From assembly GCA_964417645.1 (NCBI GenBank), contig CAYQIS010000003.1, positions 19,568-83,567 of the forward strand: a DNA stretch of 64,000 bases. Direction: 5' to 3'. The position numbers and the translations under genes were made by a program. The DNA comes from an uncultured Spirochaetia bacterium. Lineage in GTDB: Bacteria > Oederibacteriota > PGYV01. This document shows positions 48,896 to 59,135 of this stretch, piece by piece (position 1 is the stretch's first letter; every line of letters starts with the position of its first letter). Below the pieces are notes generated by a model. The model worked only from the letters and a program-made list of their open reading frames with translations. It ran no database searches and had not been told where the DNA came from.

Positions 48896-49951
48896 TTATT
48901 CCTTAATTATTAAGTTATCATCAATTTTGTTAAGTTTTTCCGCTTTGCCGTTTTCGGCTGTTATCAGGTAATCGTCTTCGATGCGTATTCCGTACTTTCC
49001 TTTTATATATATGCCGGGTTCACATGTTACGGTCATTCCTGCCATAAATTTTGATGTTTCTTTCTTATTAATATATGGCATTTCATGCACTTCAATTCCT
49101 GTTCCATGACCAAGTGAATGGGTAAAAAGAGCGTCAAGACCGTGTTTCTTAAGGAAATATCGTGCTTTTAAATCAGCTTTTTTTATAATATTTCCGTTTT
49201 TATATAATTTAACAGCTTCTTTTTTCGCCTGCCGAACAATATTATAATGATTTTTAAAACGGGTGTCAATTATACCGAAGGCTATAACCCTTGTCAAGTC
49301 TGAACAGTAGCCCTTATATTTTACACCGCAGTCAAGGAGTATTATGTCGCCTTTTTTAAGTTTTCTGTCGGAGGGCATTGCGTGAGGGGTTGCCGCATTT
49401 TCTGAAAAAACGGATATTGTGGAAAAACTTACACCATCTCCCTTGTTTCTTTTGACGAAACTTTCAAATTCAATGGCAAGCTCATATTCAGTTATTCCTT
49501 CTTTGAGCAATGAAACACAATGAAGTATTGCATTCCCGTTTATTTCAGCGGCTTTTGATATAATATCAATCTCGTTTTTATCTTTTATCATTCTCATTTT
49601 TTTAACTGTGTCACAAATAATTTTTTGTTTATTTTTTATTGAAAGATAAACTGAAAGGGGTGTATCATTTGAAAACATAATACTTTTTGCGGGTTTAATA
49701 ATTTTTGAAATGTCTTTTGCGGGTTCAGGTGAAATAATTATATCGGTTAATCCGGCTATATCAAGATTTTGAGCTATTCCGTCATATCGTTTGTCGGAAA
49801 TAAAGTAATTTTTTCCGTTTAGCGATATTAATCTTCCGTAAGAGCCTGAAAAACCTGTAAGATAAAATAAATCAGAGAAAGAAGCGCATAAATATGCGCA
49901 GTTTTTATTAAGGCTTTCGGAAAGTTTTTTTATTCTGTTTTTATAATTCAA
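48896..49951 (-). CDS. Xaa-Pro aminopeptidase (M24B)
   Basis: LDCG..Y.GYCSD, HSLGHG.G.EVHE, EPG.Y, RIED. Confidence 0.92.
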   Translation of the reverse strand: MNYKNRIKKLSESLNKNCAYLCASFSDLFYLTGFSGSYGRLISLNGKNYFISDKRYDGIAQNLDIAGLTDIIISPEPAKDISKIIKPAKSIMFSNDTPLSVYLSIKNKQKIICDTVKKMRMIKDKNEIDIISKAAEINGNAILHCVSLLKEGITEYELAIEFESFVKRNKGDGVSFSTISVFSENAATPHAMPSDRKLKKGDIILLDCGVKYKGYCSDLTRVIAFGIIDTRFKNHYNIVRQAKKEAVKLYKNGNIIKKADLKARYFLKKHGLDALFTHSLGHGTGIEVHEMPYINKKETSKFMAGMTVTCEPGIYIKGKYGIRIEDDYLITAENGKAEKLNKIDDNLIIKE

Positions 49952-50569
49952 TTATTTTTTCCTTATTATTGCCATATTATATTCAATTATCGGCAGATAA
50001 AAAGGTATCTTTTCGGCAATATCAGAAATTTTGTTTGTAAGATTGATTAAATGTTTGTTGTTTATCGGGCATACCCTTGCCGAAAAATGTTTTATTTCGT
50101 AAGGAAGTCCCGCGGAGGATACAAGTTGTATAAATTTTTTTTGTGTAAAATGCTGATGATTTTTCATTAATGTAAGATGAATATAAAAAACAGGATTATA
50201 TCTGTTTGCTTCAAGCAATATTACAGTGTTTGAAGCCACGCGTATCATTTCTTTTAATGCGGCGAAAGGATCCGAAGCGTGATGAAGCATGTCCTTTTCC
50301 ATTACCGTATCAAAAGAATTTGAAGGATAATCAAGCTTCTCCGCGTTTCCTTTTTTAAATACAATTCCGGTTGAAGCCAGATTTTTCCAGTTATCGCTTT
50401 CAAAAATGTCGGTTGCTTCCGTCCTTTCAAAATGTTCTGAAAAAGGCACGGTATCAAAACCGTCTCCGCAGCCCACATCAAGCAAAGAACTTCCGGTAAA
50501 ATAGGGTTTTACATTTTTTAAAACCCTTTCCCTGTAAGCGCTGACATTAAGAGGAATTTTATTTGTCAT
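49952..50569 (-). CDS. class I SAM-dependent methyltransferase
   Basis: LLDVGCGDG, LHH..DP...L.EM.RV. Confidence 0.85.
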   Translation of the reverse strand: MTNKIPLNVSAYRERVLKNVKPYFTGSSLLDVGCGDGFDTVPFSEHFERTEATDIFESDNWKNLASTGIVFKKGNAEKLDYPSNSFDTVMEKDMLHHASDPFAALKEMIRVASNTVILLEANRYNPVFYIHLTLMKNHQHFTQKKFIQLVSSAGLPYEIKHFSARVCPINNKHLINLTNKISDIAEKIPFYLPIIEYNMAIIRKK

Positions 50570-51587
50570 ATTTTTTAAGCGCAGAGACTATTGAAGCAAG
50601 GCTTTCCGTATTGAAAAGTTTTTTACCTGTTATTTCATTTGTAACAGCCTGATACATTGAAGCAATCAGCATTTTCATTTCCCGGGGAAGCGGCTCGGGT
50701 TTTTCTTTTACAAAAGTCTTCCAGTCATCGCCTTTTTCTTTTTTTGCTTTTTCAACTTCTTCCGCCCATTTTGTTTTTCTGTAAAACCTGCGTGCTATTT
50801 CTTTGCTGATATGAAAACCGTCAAGTGTGAACCGGCATTCATCCGGCGTGCCAAGCACATCAACAAGAATTATTTCTCCTTTGGCGTTTACGCCGAATTC
50901 AAACTTTCCGTCGGCGTTTTCTATTCCGGCCTTTTTTGTTTCTTCAGTAATTATGTTATTTATTGTAATAATCATTTCTTTAAGTTTTTTCATTTTTTCC
51001 GATGATAATGAGGATATTTTTTCCGCTTCATCCCATTTTATATAACGGTCAATATGCTCCAGTTTTGTTGAGACATCAAGAATGGGTTTTTCAAGGCGTT
51101 CACCGGGAACAGGTTCATGATCAAGCCCCAGATCTTTATATGTAATTGAGCCGTTTTTAAGTCTTTTAAATACGGACGCCCCTTCCCCAAGAGTGTTTCT
51201 GTATATCACTTCGAGCGGTATTAAATAATTTTCGCTTATACCTTTGTAAGATGAGTAATCATAAGTGTTTGAATCTTTGTTATAAAAAGGTTTTATTACT
51301 CTTAAAAGACTTACTTTCATTTTGGAGCAAGGGGCATTTATTTCCGAAAAACGCCAAATGCCTTTTTCATCAACCAGACCGCGGAAGTGGCTTTTAATGC
51401 CTTTTTTTTCAAGGACTTCAAAAAAATAAGCCGAAAGCGTGCAAAGTGCTGCGCCTTTTCCCGGTATATGATCAGGCATTTCTCCCCAGTCAAAAACAGA
51501 GTATCTGTCGGAGAAAGAAAAAATACCCTCTCCTTCCGAGCCCTCTTGAGCTGGTTTTATAACAGAGACCTCTTTAACGCTTCCCAT
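50559..51587 (-). CDS. purC: SAICAR synthase, long form
   Basis: SDRYSVFDW, GKG, IPLE.I.R, STK, DGKFEFG, D..GTPDECRF. Confidence 0.88.
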   Translation of the reverse strand: MGSVKEVSVIKPAQEGSEGEGIFSFSDRYSVFDWGEMPDHIPGKGAALCTLSAYFFEVLEKKGIKSHFRGLVDEKGIWRFSEINAPCSKMKVSLLRVIKPFYNKDSNTYDYSSYKGISENYLIPLEVIYRNTLGEGASVFKRLKNGSITYKDLGLDHEPVPGERLEKPILDVSTKLEHIDRYIKWDEAEKISSLSSEKMKKLKEMIITINNIITEETKKAGIENADGKFEFGVNAKGEIILVDVLGTPDECRFTLDGFHISKEIARRFYRKTKWAEEVEKAKKEKGDDWKTFVKEKPEPLPREMKMLIASMYQAVTNEITGKKLFNTESLASIVSALKKYDK

Positions 51588-52104
51588 TTTTCACCTCGTT
51601 TATTTTTTTATATGAAGATTTCATTTCCTTGATAAAAGTTTCATCTGCCATTGATTCGTTTGAAACAGAGCCTGAAGACACAACATTTCCGTCATAAGTA
51701 ATAAACCATTTAATTTCGGATGAATCAACAACGTTAAGAGCGGATGTAACAGATTGTTTTTCACCAAAGTATAATATCACATTTTTTCTTTTCTCGGGTT
51801 TTGTTCCGTTTTTTATTGCGTTTTTTATCACGCCTTCAAAAAAAGGAATTTGTCCAAAAACAGCTATTTGATAATGGCATGAATCTTTCCCAAATAAGGA
51901 AAGATATGCATCAACGAAAGAATCAACGACCCCGTCTTTTGGCCTTGAAAATGTGTAAATATAAAGACAGTAATTTGTTTGTTTGTCAGGAATGGTTAAA
52001 GTATTGCCTGAGGCGTCTTCCGCTTGTATTAAAGGCAGAGATACCGCTGAAAATATGTATGAAGGCATAATAATAAAGACAAAAAGAAGTATTTTTAATT
52101 TCAC
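51574..52104 (-). CDS. hypothetical exported protein, possibly thioredoxin-like fold
   Basis: Signal peptide; GTG start. Confidence 0.55.
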   Translation of the reverse strand: MKLKILLFVFIIMPSYIFSAVSLPLIQAEDASGNTLTIPDKQTNYCLYIYTFSRPKDGVVDSFVDAYLSLFGKDSCHYQIAVFGQIPFFEGVIKNAIKNGTKPEKRKNVILYFGEKQSVTSALNVVDSSEIKWFITYDGNVVSSGSVSNESMADETFIKEMKSSYKKINEVKNGKR

Positions 52105-52125
52105 AGTATTTCCACCGCCTTTTTT

Positions 52126-52287
52126 TCATAAAAAAATAAAAGTGTTTGAAGATATTATTTTCCGGGGAAACAAATATTTTGTCTTGCTCACAGTGTGATT
52201 TAAAAAGTTTGGCAGCGCTGAATTAACGGCCGGCGTGGCAAGCAACACATCGCCTATTGCACCGATTCTAAAAAACAATATGCGCAT
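52126..52287 (-). pseudogene. remnant of a GT9 (heptosyltransferase-like) gene
   Basis: MRILFFRIGAIGDVLLATPAV matches the GT9 N-terminus, then the frame ends after 53 codons; SD GGAG and promoter TTGACA-N17-TATTAT (52325-52353) are intact. Confidence 0.65.
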
Positions 52288-52373
52288 TTTTTCTCCGGCT
52301 ACAGGTTGATTAAAAGCAGTATTCATAATATTATAATGAAGAATTACTGTCAATTAACAAGGAGTGCATTTAT

Positions 52374-53399
52374 TTGAATAAGTTTGACATTTCATATTAT
52401 GATTATGATTTTCCGGAGGAATTAATAGCCCAAAAGCCCGCTGACAGGAGAGAAGATGCGAGGCTTATGGTAATTAACAGAAAAACCGGAGCCATTTCGC
52501 ATCATATATTTTCAGAAATAACAAAATTTTTTGAAAAATCAGATTGTCTTGTAATTAATAACACCAAAGTCATGCCTGCAAGGCTGAAAGGAACAAAAAA
52601 ATCAACGGGAGCGGCGATAGAAGTTCTTCTTTCCTCAAAAAGTGGTATATTTTGGGATGCAATGATGAGAAATTCAAGACGAATCAAGCCCGGTGATATA
52701 ATATATTTTAAGAATGGTCTGGAAGCGGAAATTATTGCAAAACACGGAAAGACAGTGACTGTAAAATTTAATAAATCAGGCGCCGAATTTTATGACATAT
52801 TAAATAAAAGCGGGGAAATACCTCTTCCGCCCTATATAAAGGCCGATATAAATGATAAAGTACACAAAGAACGATATCAGACTGTTTATGCAAAGAATGA
52901 AGGCGCGGCAGCAGCACCTACCGCAGGTCTTCATTTTACAGGGGAGATCTTATTGCAATTAAAAAGTATGGGAGTGAAAATCGTTGAAATTACACTGCAT
53001 ACCGGACTTGGAACATTTGAACCTGTAAATGAAAAGGATATAAGGCGGCATAAAATACATACCGAACATTATGAAATAAGCAAAGATGCTGCGGAAAAAA
53101 TAAACATGTCAAAAAGGGTGGTTGCTGTAGGAACAACATCTTTAAGAGCGCTTGAGACGGCATCAAATGAACAGGGTGTGGTGATGGAAAAATCAGGTGA
53201 AACAGGATTATTTATATATCCAGGTTATAGATTTAAAAGAGTTAATGCTTTAATAACAAACTTTCATCTGCCAAAAACCACTTTACTTGCTCTTGTATAT
53301 GCTTTTGGAGGAGAAGAACTTATAAAAAAAGCATATGAACAAGCAGTCAAAAACAAATATAGGCTTTTTTCTTACGGAGATGCAATGCTTATATTATGA
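52374..53399 (+). CDS. queA: S-adenosylmethionine:tRNA ribosyltransferase-isomerase
   Basis: IAQKP, NNTKV.PARL, PLPPYI, AAPTAGLHF, TNFHLP, FSYGDAM. Confidence 0.96.
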   Translation: MNKFDISYYDYDFPEELIAQKPADRREDARLMVINRKTGAISHHIFSEITKFFEKSDCLVINNTKVMPARLKGTKKSTGAAIEVLLSSKSGIFWDAMMRNSRRIKPGDIIYFKNGLEAEIIAKHGKTVTVKFNKSGAEFYDILNKSGEIPLPPYIKADINDKVHKERYQTVYAKNEGAAAAPTAGLHFTGEILLQLKSMGVKIVEITLHTGLGTFEPVNEKDIRRHKIHTEHYEISKDAAEKINMSKRVVAVGTTSLRALETASNEQGVVMEKSGETGLFIYPGYRFKRVNALITNFHLPKTTLLALVYAFGGEELIKKAYEQAVKNKYRLFSYGDAMLIL

Positions 53400-53483
53400 C
53401 AGGAATGCAATAACATTTTCTTATATTGACATTGCAAATAAAAGAATATAGTATATTAAAAAATACCCTGAAAAGAGGTAAAA

Positions 53484-54554
53484 ATGGGCGGAAAAAAGCT
53501 AATCTTACCGGTAATTTTAATAATTTTTACGCTTATTTCTGATTTAATTTCGGCACCACAAGCTGAACAGCCTCAAAAGATGTCAAATGTGGTTATTTAT
53601 ATAATTGAAGACAGCAGGGGAAATTATCAAATTGGGATTATGGATGCCGAAGGAAAAAATAAAAAAATATTAACTTCACAAGGCAATAATTGGGCCCCTG
53701 AAATTGACTCTTCCGGAAGCAAAATAGCCTTTTTTAGCGACAGAACCGGTCATGGAAATTTGTGGATAATGGACATTGACGGTTCGCAGCAGATTCAGCT
53801 TACAAGAGATGAAACATATATGCCGATAGATCTTTATACCAGAGGGCAAATAGCTTGGACCAAAGAATCTGATGAAGTCTTTTTTATAAAAAACGGAGAT
53901 ATATGGAGCATTGATAAATCAGGATTGTCTTTAAATTCTGTTACGAAAACTCATGATATAGTTTCATTTAAATTTTCGCCAGAAAAACTTAAATTGGTAT
54001 ATGCAAGAGAGAAAACAAAAAAAAATATAGGTTATTGGCTTATGAATCCTGACGGGACACAAGTACAGCAGATTGCCCAAAGCGACATACGCACAGCCGC
54101 TTATGATTGGATTGACAATGAAACTTTGGTATATTTTACAAATAACACACTTACCATATTAAAAGTGATTGGTTTTGAAAGAAAAAATATAATATCAATA
54201 ACTTATCCCGCCATAGAACTTACATGCGGTTCATCAAATGACGGAAAAGAAAAATTTATTGCTTATGTAAATTCAACTGATGGCAGTAGCCAGGATTTAT
54301 GGATGATAAAAGATATAAATTCAAAACCGGTAAAAATCACTTTTGAAGGAGCTTTAAATCCGGATTCAATTTACGGAGATCCAAACGTATATTATGTTAA
54401 AGACAACGATATTTACAGTGTAAATGCATTTAAAGGCGGTTCAAAAAAATTAACACATTATTTCAAATCTTTTTATCCTGTGGCTGCCAGAGTTAAGGAA
54501 TACGGTACAGAAGAGCGGCATGAACAAACAGGCGGAAAAAATGACAAATCATAA
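53484..54554 (+). CDS. TolB-like beta-propeller protein (PD40 repeats)
   Basis: Signal peptide; P....G..IAF.SDR.G..NLW.M..DG repeats. Confidence 0.8.
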   Translation: MGGKKLILPVILIIFTLISDLISAPQAEQPQKMSNVVIYIIEDSRGNYQIGIMDAEGKNKKILTSQGNNWAPEIDSSGSKIAFFSDRTGHGNLWIMDIDGSQQIQLTRDETYMPIDLYTRGQIAWTKESDEVFFIKNGDIWSIDKSGLSLNSVTKTHDIVSFKFSPEKLKLVYAREKTKKNIGYWLMNPDGTQVQQIAQSDIRTAAYDWIDNETLVYFTNNTLTILKVIGFERKNIISITYPAIELTCGSSNDGKEKFIAYVNSTDGSSQDLWMIKDINSKPVKITFEGALNPDSIYGDPNVYYVKDNDIYSVNAFKGGSKKLTHYFKSFYPVAARVKEYGTEERHEQTGGKNDKS

Positions 54555-55944
54555 TAAGCTATTTTTAATCCTTTTATTTACAATTTTATTTTTTCAGGCA
54601 TGCGACAAAAAAAGCCCTGTTATAAAAGTTTTTCCAACGGCAACTCCGACGGTAATACCGCATATAGAAAAAATTGTATATACATATAACGGTTCTTTAT
54701 TTATGACAGATACAGAGGGAAAAACAAAAGAAGAGCTTTTTGCTGACGGCAAAAGCAAATGGTATCCTTCGGTTTCGCCTGACGGATGGTATATTTCTTA
54801 TTGGGCTTTTTCTGAAGGAAATTATAATTTATGGGTTGCTGATTTAAGAAATAAAAAAAATGTGCAAATTACTTTTGACAACGCTCCCATAGAAGGCGAT
54901 ATCCAAAATTTTATGATTAATAACAGCGCTTCATGGAGCGGCGATTCAAAGAATTTAATTTTTTCAAGAAATAAAGATATCTGGAAAATAAGCTTTGAAG
55001 GATATAATTTAATTGCTTTAACGGAAAATCGTAAAAGTATTGCCCCGCAGCTGTCAATGCAGGACATATTGTATTTCACTGTTATAGAAAATAACAGCAC
55101 ACAAAATATATATTTTAAAAATATTGATCAACATCAGGAATATAAGCTCACGAATTATTTTATGAAAAAGGCTGTTTCGTTATCTGTATCTCCTGACGGT
55201 AAAAAGATTATTTATTCGCTTATTGACGGCGACAGCGTTAATATATATCTGTATGATACGGATAAAAAAACAGATATGCCAATTACAAATGACGGCAGAA
55301 GCATGTCGCCGCAATTTTCAAAGGATGGAAAGAGAATCATATTTGTTTCCACAATCAGCAACAGATTTCAGCCTGATATATGGATAATGAAAGCGGATGG
55401 CACAGACAGGCGCAGAATTACAACAGACGGAGGAGTTGCACCATCATGGCTTTATGCATTAACAGCGGAGATGCCTATATTAACACCCACGGTTAATGTT
55501 AAAAGCATAGAAAAGCAGATAATTGTTCCCACAAGCACGCCTAAAATAATAAATTCCCAAAAGTCAATAACCCATACTTCGGATATACAAAAGCAGCCTG
55601 AAAATATAACCGAAATGGCCGCTGATATTAAATTTGATATTGAAAATGAAAATATAAATGCCAATTCAGAACCTTTAAAGTCAGCAGAAAAAACGGATTA
55701 TAAAAATAATACTTTTAATTCAGTTTCTTCCGGAGCAGTAAAAGCAGTTACAGCTGTTAAAGTAATCAAACAAAATACAAAAAATAATAATGTTCAAAAT
55801 AAAAATGTAATTACAGGAAAAAATGAAACAGTTACAGCAAAACCAATCAATTCATCAGAGACCCCAAAACCAACCTTTACACCGGTAAAAGCTGTCCCTT
55901 ATAATTCGGGCAGTGGAAGATCATCTTCCACATCATCTTGGTAA
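54520..55944 (+). CDS. TolB-like lipoprotein with PD40 repeats and a Thr/Ser/Lys-rich tail
   Basis: Lipobox FQAC; SPDG/FSKDG repeats; start may be 54541. Confidence 0.8.
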   Translation: MNKQAEKMTNHNKLFLILLFTILFFQACDKKSPVIKVFPTATPTVIPHIEKIVYTYNGSLFMTDTEGKTKEELFADGKSKWYPSVSPDGWYISYWAFSEGNYNLWVADLRNKKNVQITFDNAPIEGDIQNFMINNSASWSGDSKNLIFSRNKDIWKISFEGYNLIALTENRKSIAPQLSMQDILYFTVIENNSTQNIYFKNIDQHQEYKLTNYFMKKAVSLSVSPDGKKIIYSLIDGDSVNIYLYDTDKKTDMPITNDGRSMSPQFSKDGKRIIFVSTISNRFQPDIWIMKADGTDRRRITTDGGVAPSWLYALTAEMPILTPTVNVKSIEKQIIVPTSTPKIINSQKSITHTSDIQKQPENITEMAADIKFDIENENINANSEPLKSAEKTDYKNNTFNSVSSGAVKAVTAVKVIKQNTKNNNVQNKNVITGKNETVTAKPINSSETPKPTFTPVKAVPYNSGSGRSSSTSSW

Positions 55945-55947
55945 TTT

Positions 55948-57066
55948 TTATTTAATAACAGAACCGTCAGCATTATATTTTACGCAGCGTATAAGCACAC
56001 CTTTATTATAAATTCCTTCCAATTTAATTTTACCGTTTTCATAATAGCTTGTGTAAGGACCGTCTGATATGCCTGAGGAGAAAATTTGTTCAACATGAAT
56101 TTTACCAGAAGGGTAATACATTTTAAAAAGTCCTTCCTCTTTTCCCTGTTTCATTGCGCCTTCAACTTTTAATTTGCCGTTTTTATAATATAATTTATAA
56201 TATCCTTCTTCGATTCCTTCTTTATATTCCCCCTCCACTTTTAATTCTCCGGTCTCATAAAAAAGGCAGTATGGACCGTTTTCTTTTCCTTCGGTATAAT
56301 TGCCTTCCAATTTTATGGAACCGTTTTCATAATATATGATAAATTTTCCGTTTTCTTTTCCGTTAATAAAAGCACCTGTCATTTTAAGATTTCCGTTGGG
56401 ATAATATTTTTGAACAGGTCCGTTTTTAATTCCGTTTTTGTAAGTTTCTTTAACACTTATTTTACCGTCTGGAAAATATAATTTATGAACACCTTCTTCT
56501 TTGCCGTTAATATAAATACCTTCCAGTTTAACTTTGGAATCCGGATAATAAAGTTTGAACATACCTTCAGGCTTTCCGTTTACATAATTGCCTTCAAGTT
56601 TTATGGAACCGTCTTCATAATAAGTTTTATATGGGCCTGTTTTTTCACCGTTTTTAAAAGATTCCAAAAGTTTCAAGTTGCCGTTTTCGTAATAAACTTC
56701 ATTTTGACCTGTCTCTGAAGCAGGATCAAATTTACGAATTATTTTGGGATTCCCGTTAAAATAGTATGATTTAAAATTCCATTCAGGTTCCCCGTTTTTG
56801 TAAAAGAACTCACGGGCTATATTTCCGTTTTCATATTTCCAAATTACTTGACCATCGGCTATATGATTATCGGTATATAAAATTAATGCTGTTTGTCTGC
56901 AGCCGGATTCATCTTTATAAACGGAAGAAACATAACCGTCTATAAAATCACCTTCTTTTGAGATGCTTCCGTCTTCGTTGAATGTCCATACGGCGGCGGT
57001 AAAATTTGTATCTTTGAAAAAAGTTTCGGTTTTTTCTGTTTTAATACTGTGATATTTAATAATCAT
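55948..57066 (-). CDS. MORN-variant repeat protein (12 x 24-aa repeats)
   Basis: Tandem K.EG.Y..YY.NG.LK.EG.Y.NG units. Confidence 0.85.
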   Translation of the reverse strand: MIIKYHSIKTEKTETFFKDTNFTAAVWTFNEDGSISKEGDFIDGYVSSVYKDESGCRQTALILYTDNHIADGQVIWKYENGNIAREFFYKNGEPEWNFKSYYFNGNPKIIRKFDPASETGQNEVYYENGNLKLLESFKNGEKTGPYKTYYEDGSIKLEGNYVNGKPEGMFKLYYPDSKVKLEGIYINGKEEGVHKLYFPDGKISVKETYKNGIKNGPVQKYYPNGNLKMTGAFINGKENGKFIIYYENGSIKLEGNYTEGKENGPYCLFYETGELKVEGEYKEGIEEGYYKLYYKNGKLKVEGAMKQGKEEGLFKMYYPSGKIHVEQIFSSGISDGPYTSYYENGKIKLEGIYNKGVLIRCVKYNADGSVIK

Positions 57067-57177
57067 TTTTCACCGACATAAGTTTTTTTTATATTATCAA
57101 TGTAAATAAAATTAATCAAACAATAAATATATTAACAATAAACTTGATTTTGTGTTCAGCTCTGCCATAATTAAGTT

Positions 57178-57900
57178 ATGAAATGTAATGCAGAACATAT
57201 AATTAAAGCATTAACAGAAACCAAATATAAAAACAGCGAACAATTGGCAAACAAATTACTCATTTACGCAAATGAGCTTATTAATTGGAATTCAAAATTT
57301 AATTTAACATCCATAAAAGAAGGAATGGAAGTAGCCCTGAAACACATTGCCGATTCAATTATACCTTTGTCGAACGGAGTTTTTGAAAGGATTAATCAGC
57401 TTGCAGACTGCGGAACAGGAGCAGGACTTCCTGGCATACCCTTGGCATTGGCTGAAAGTAATTTAAAAATTTCACTTATAGAATCAAACGGAAAAAAAAT
57501 AAAATTTTTACGACATATAAAAAAACTTTTGGATATTAATAATATCAATATAATACAATCACGAACAGAAGTAATTTCACATTCCAAAGAATTTAGAAAT
57601 TTTTTTGACGGAGTAACCATGAGAGCATTTGCAAATTTTTCTTCGGCAATGGAATTAACTGCTGAGCTTGTAAAGCCGGGAGGTAAAATTTTTTATTATG
57701 CGTCAAAAAATCAAGCTGAAAATATAAACGGCACAGAAAAAATTTTAAATGAGATGAAACTGTCAGAGCTGAATAAATTTTATTATAATTTGCCGGATAT
57801 GGCGGGAAGCAGGGCCGTAATTATTTTAACCAAAACAAATAAAGCGGATATTAAGTATCCAAGACCTTATCAAAAGATAAAATCAAATCCTTTAATTTAA
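57178..57900 (+). CDS. rsmG: 16S rRNA m7G527 methyltransferase
   Basis: FNLTS, KHIADS, DCGTGAGLPGIPL, RAF, YPRP. Confidence 0.93.
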   Translation: MKCNAEHIIKALTETKYKNSEQLANKLLIYANELINWNSKFNLTSIKEGMEVALKHIADSIIPLSNGVFERINQLADCGTGAGLPGIPLALAESNLKISLIESNGKKIKFLRHIKKLLDINNINIIQSRTEVISHSKEFRNFFDGVTMRAFANFSSAMELTAELVKPGGKIFYYASKNQAENINGTEKILNEMKLSELNKFYYNLPDMAGSRAVIILTKTNKADIKYPRPYQKIKSNPLI

Positions 57901-57901
57901 T

Positions 57902-57917
57902 TGTTCCACGTGGAACA
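57902..57917. promoter_or_regulatory. parS: parS centromere-like site
   Basis: TGTTCCACGTGGAACA at the core of a 32-bp perfect palindrome (57894-57925). Confidence 0.9.
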
Positions 57918-57995
57918 ATTAAATTTCTGATAAAAAGTTTTTGAACAAATGAAAGATTTAAGATGCTTTTATGAAAATTAAGGAGGCATATAAGT

Positions 57996-59084
57996 TTGAA
58001 GATAAAAAAACTTGCGCTTATAAATTTTCGAAATTATGAAAGTTTTTTTATGGAGCCTGAGGACGGAATTAATGTTATATATGGAAATAATGGTACTGGA
58101 AAAACAAATATTCTTGAAGCAGTTTATTGGATGTCATTTAATAAATCTTTTAGAACATCTGAAGATCAAGCTTTGATTAAACATGAAAATAATTTTTGCA
58201 GCGTTAAAATGGACTGTGATTTATCCGGAATGGAAAAGACTTTTGAAATCAGCTATGACAAAACTACAAGAAAAAAAATTATCAAAATTAATGAAAACCG
58301 ATTAAAAAAGCATTCTGAAATTATAGGTAAAATTCCAACTGTTTTGTTTTCGCCGGAAAATATTATGATAATTAAAGGCGACCCTGTTTTAAGAAGAAAA
58401 CAAATTGATGAACTGGTATCACAAATATATCCCGGTTATTATGATTTGCTTATAAGATATTCCAAAGAAGTCAGCCACAGGAATTATTTGCTTAAAGGAA
58501 TAAAAGAGGGCAGGTTTAAAAAAGAAAGCATAGAAGTATGGAATGATCTTATAACTGAAAAAGGAACGGAAATAGTATGCAAAAGACAAGAAACGCTGAT
58601 AAGCCTTAATGAAATATTGAATGATGAATTAAATTATAGTGATGCAAAGATCAAATTAACATACGAATCGAAAAATTATAAAAGTACAGATATTGATTCC
58701 ATAAAAGAATCTTATAAAAAGCATTTTATTGAAAATTTTAATGAAGAGCTGGCCAGAGGATCCACGACAATAGGTCCTCATAAAGATGATATAAAAATTG
58801 AATATGACGGCAGATCGGCAAAATTATTTGCTTCTGAAGGTCAACAAAGAATAACTGCCATAATGATTAAGCTTGCGGAAGGATTGTTTCTTAAAAAAAG
58901 AATTAACATATATCCGGTTATTTTACTTGATGATTTTTCATCAGAGCTTGATGAATTTAACAGGGATATAATAGGAAAAACATTTTCCGTTTTCAGACAG
59001 ATTTTGGTTACAACAACATCCCTTGAAAATTTAAAAGGATTATCGCCTAAAAAAACGTTCCACGTGGAACATTTAATAAGTTAG
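57996..59084 (+). CDS. recF: DNA replication/repair protein RecF
   Basis: NFRNY, G.NG.GKTN.LEA, GPHKDD, SEGQQR, LLDD.SELD. Confidence 0.95.
   Translation: MKIKKLALINFRNYESFFMEPEDGINVIYGNNGTGKTNILEAVYWMSFNKSFRTSEDQALIKHENNFCSVKMDCDLSGMEKTFEISYDKTTRKKIIKINENRLKKHSEIIGKIPTVLFSPENIMIIKGDPVLRRKQIDELVSQIYPGYYDLLIRYSKEVSHRNYLLKGIKEGRFKKESIEVWNDLITEKGTEIVCKRQETLISLNEILNDELNYSDAKIKLTYESKNYKSTDIDSIKESYKKHFIENFNEELARGSTTIGPHKDDIKIEYDGRSAKLFASEGQQRITAIMIKLAEGLFLKKRINIYPVILLDDFSSELDEFNRDIIGKTFSVFRQILVTTTSLENLKGLSPKKTFHVEHLIS
59056..59071. promoter_or_regulatory. parS: second parS site, inside the recF 3' end
   Basis: CGTTCCACGTGGAACA. Confidence 0.85.
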
Positions 59085-59135
59085 AAAAATATATAAAAAG
59101 TTATATTAATAAAACAAATAAATGTTTACCATGGT

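Noticed and set aside
55948-57066. 72-bp periodicity as a CRISPR array or a YwqK toxin-antitoxin system
   Set aside because: The repeats are degenerate, in frame and protein-coding with no spacers; no toxin or cas gene is adjacent
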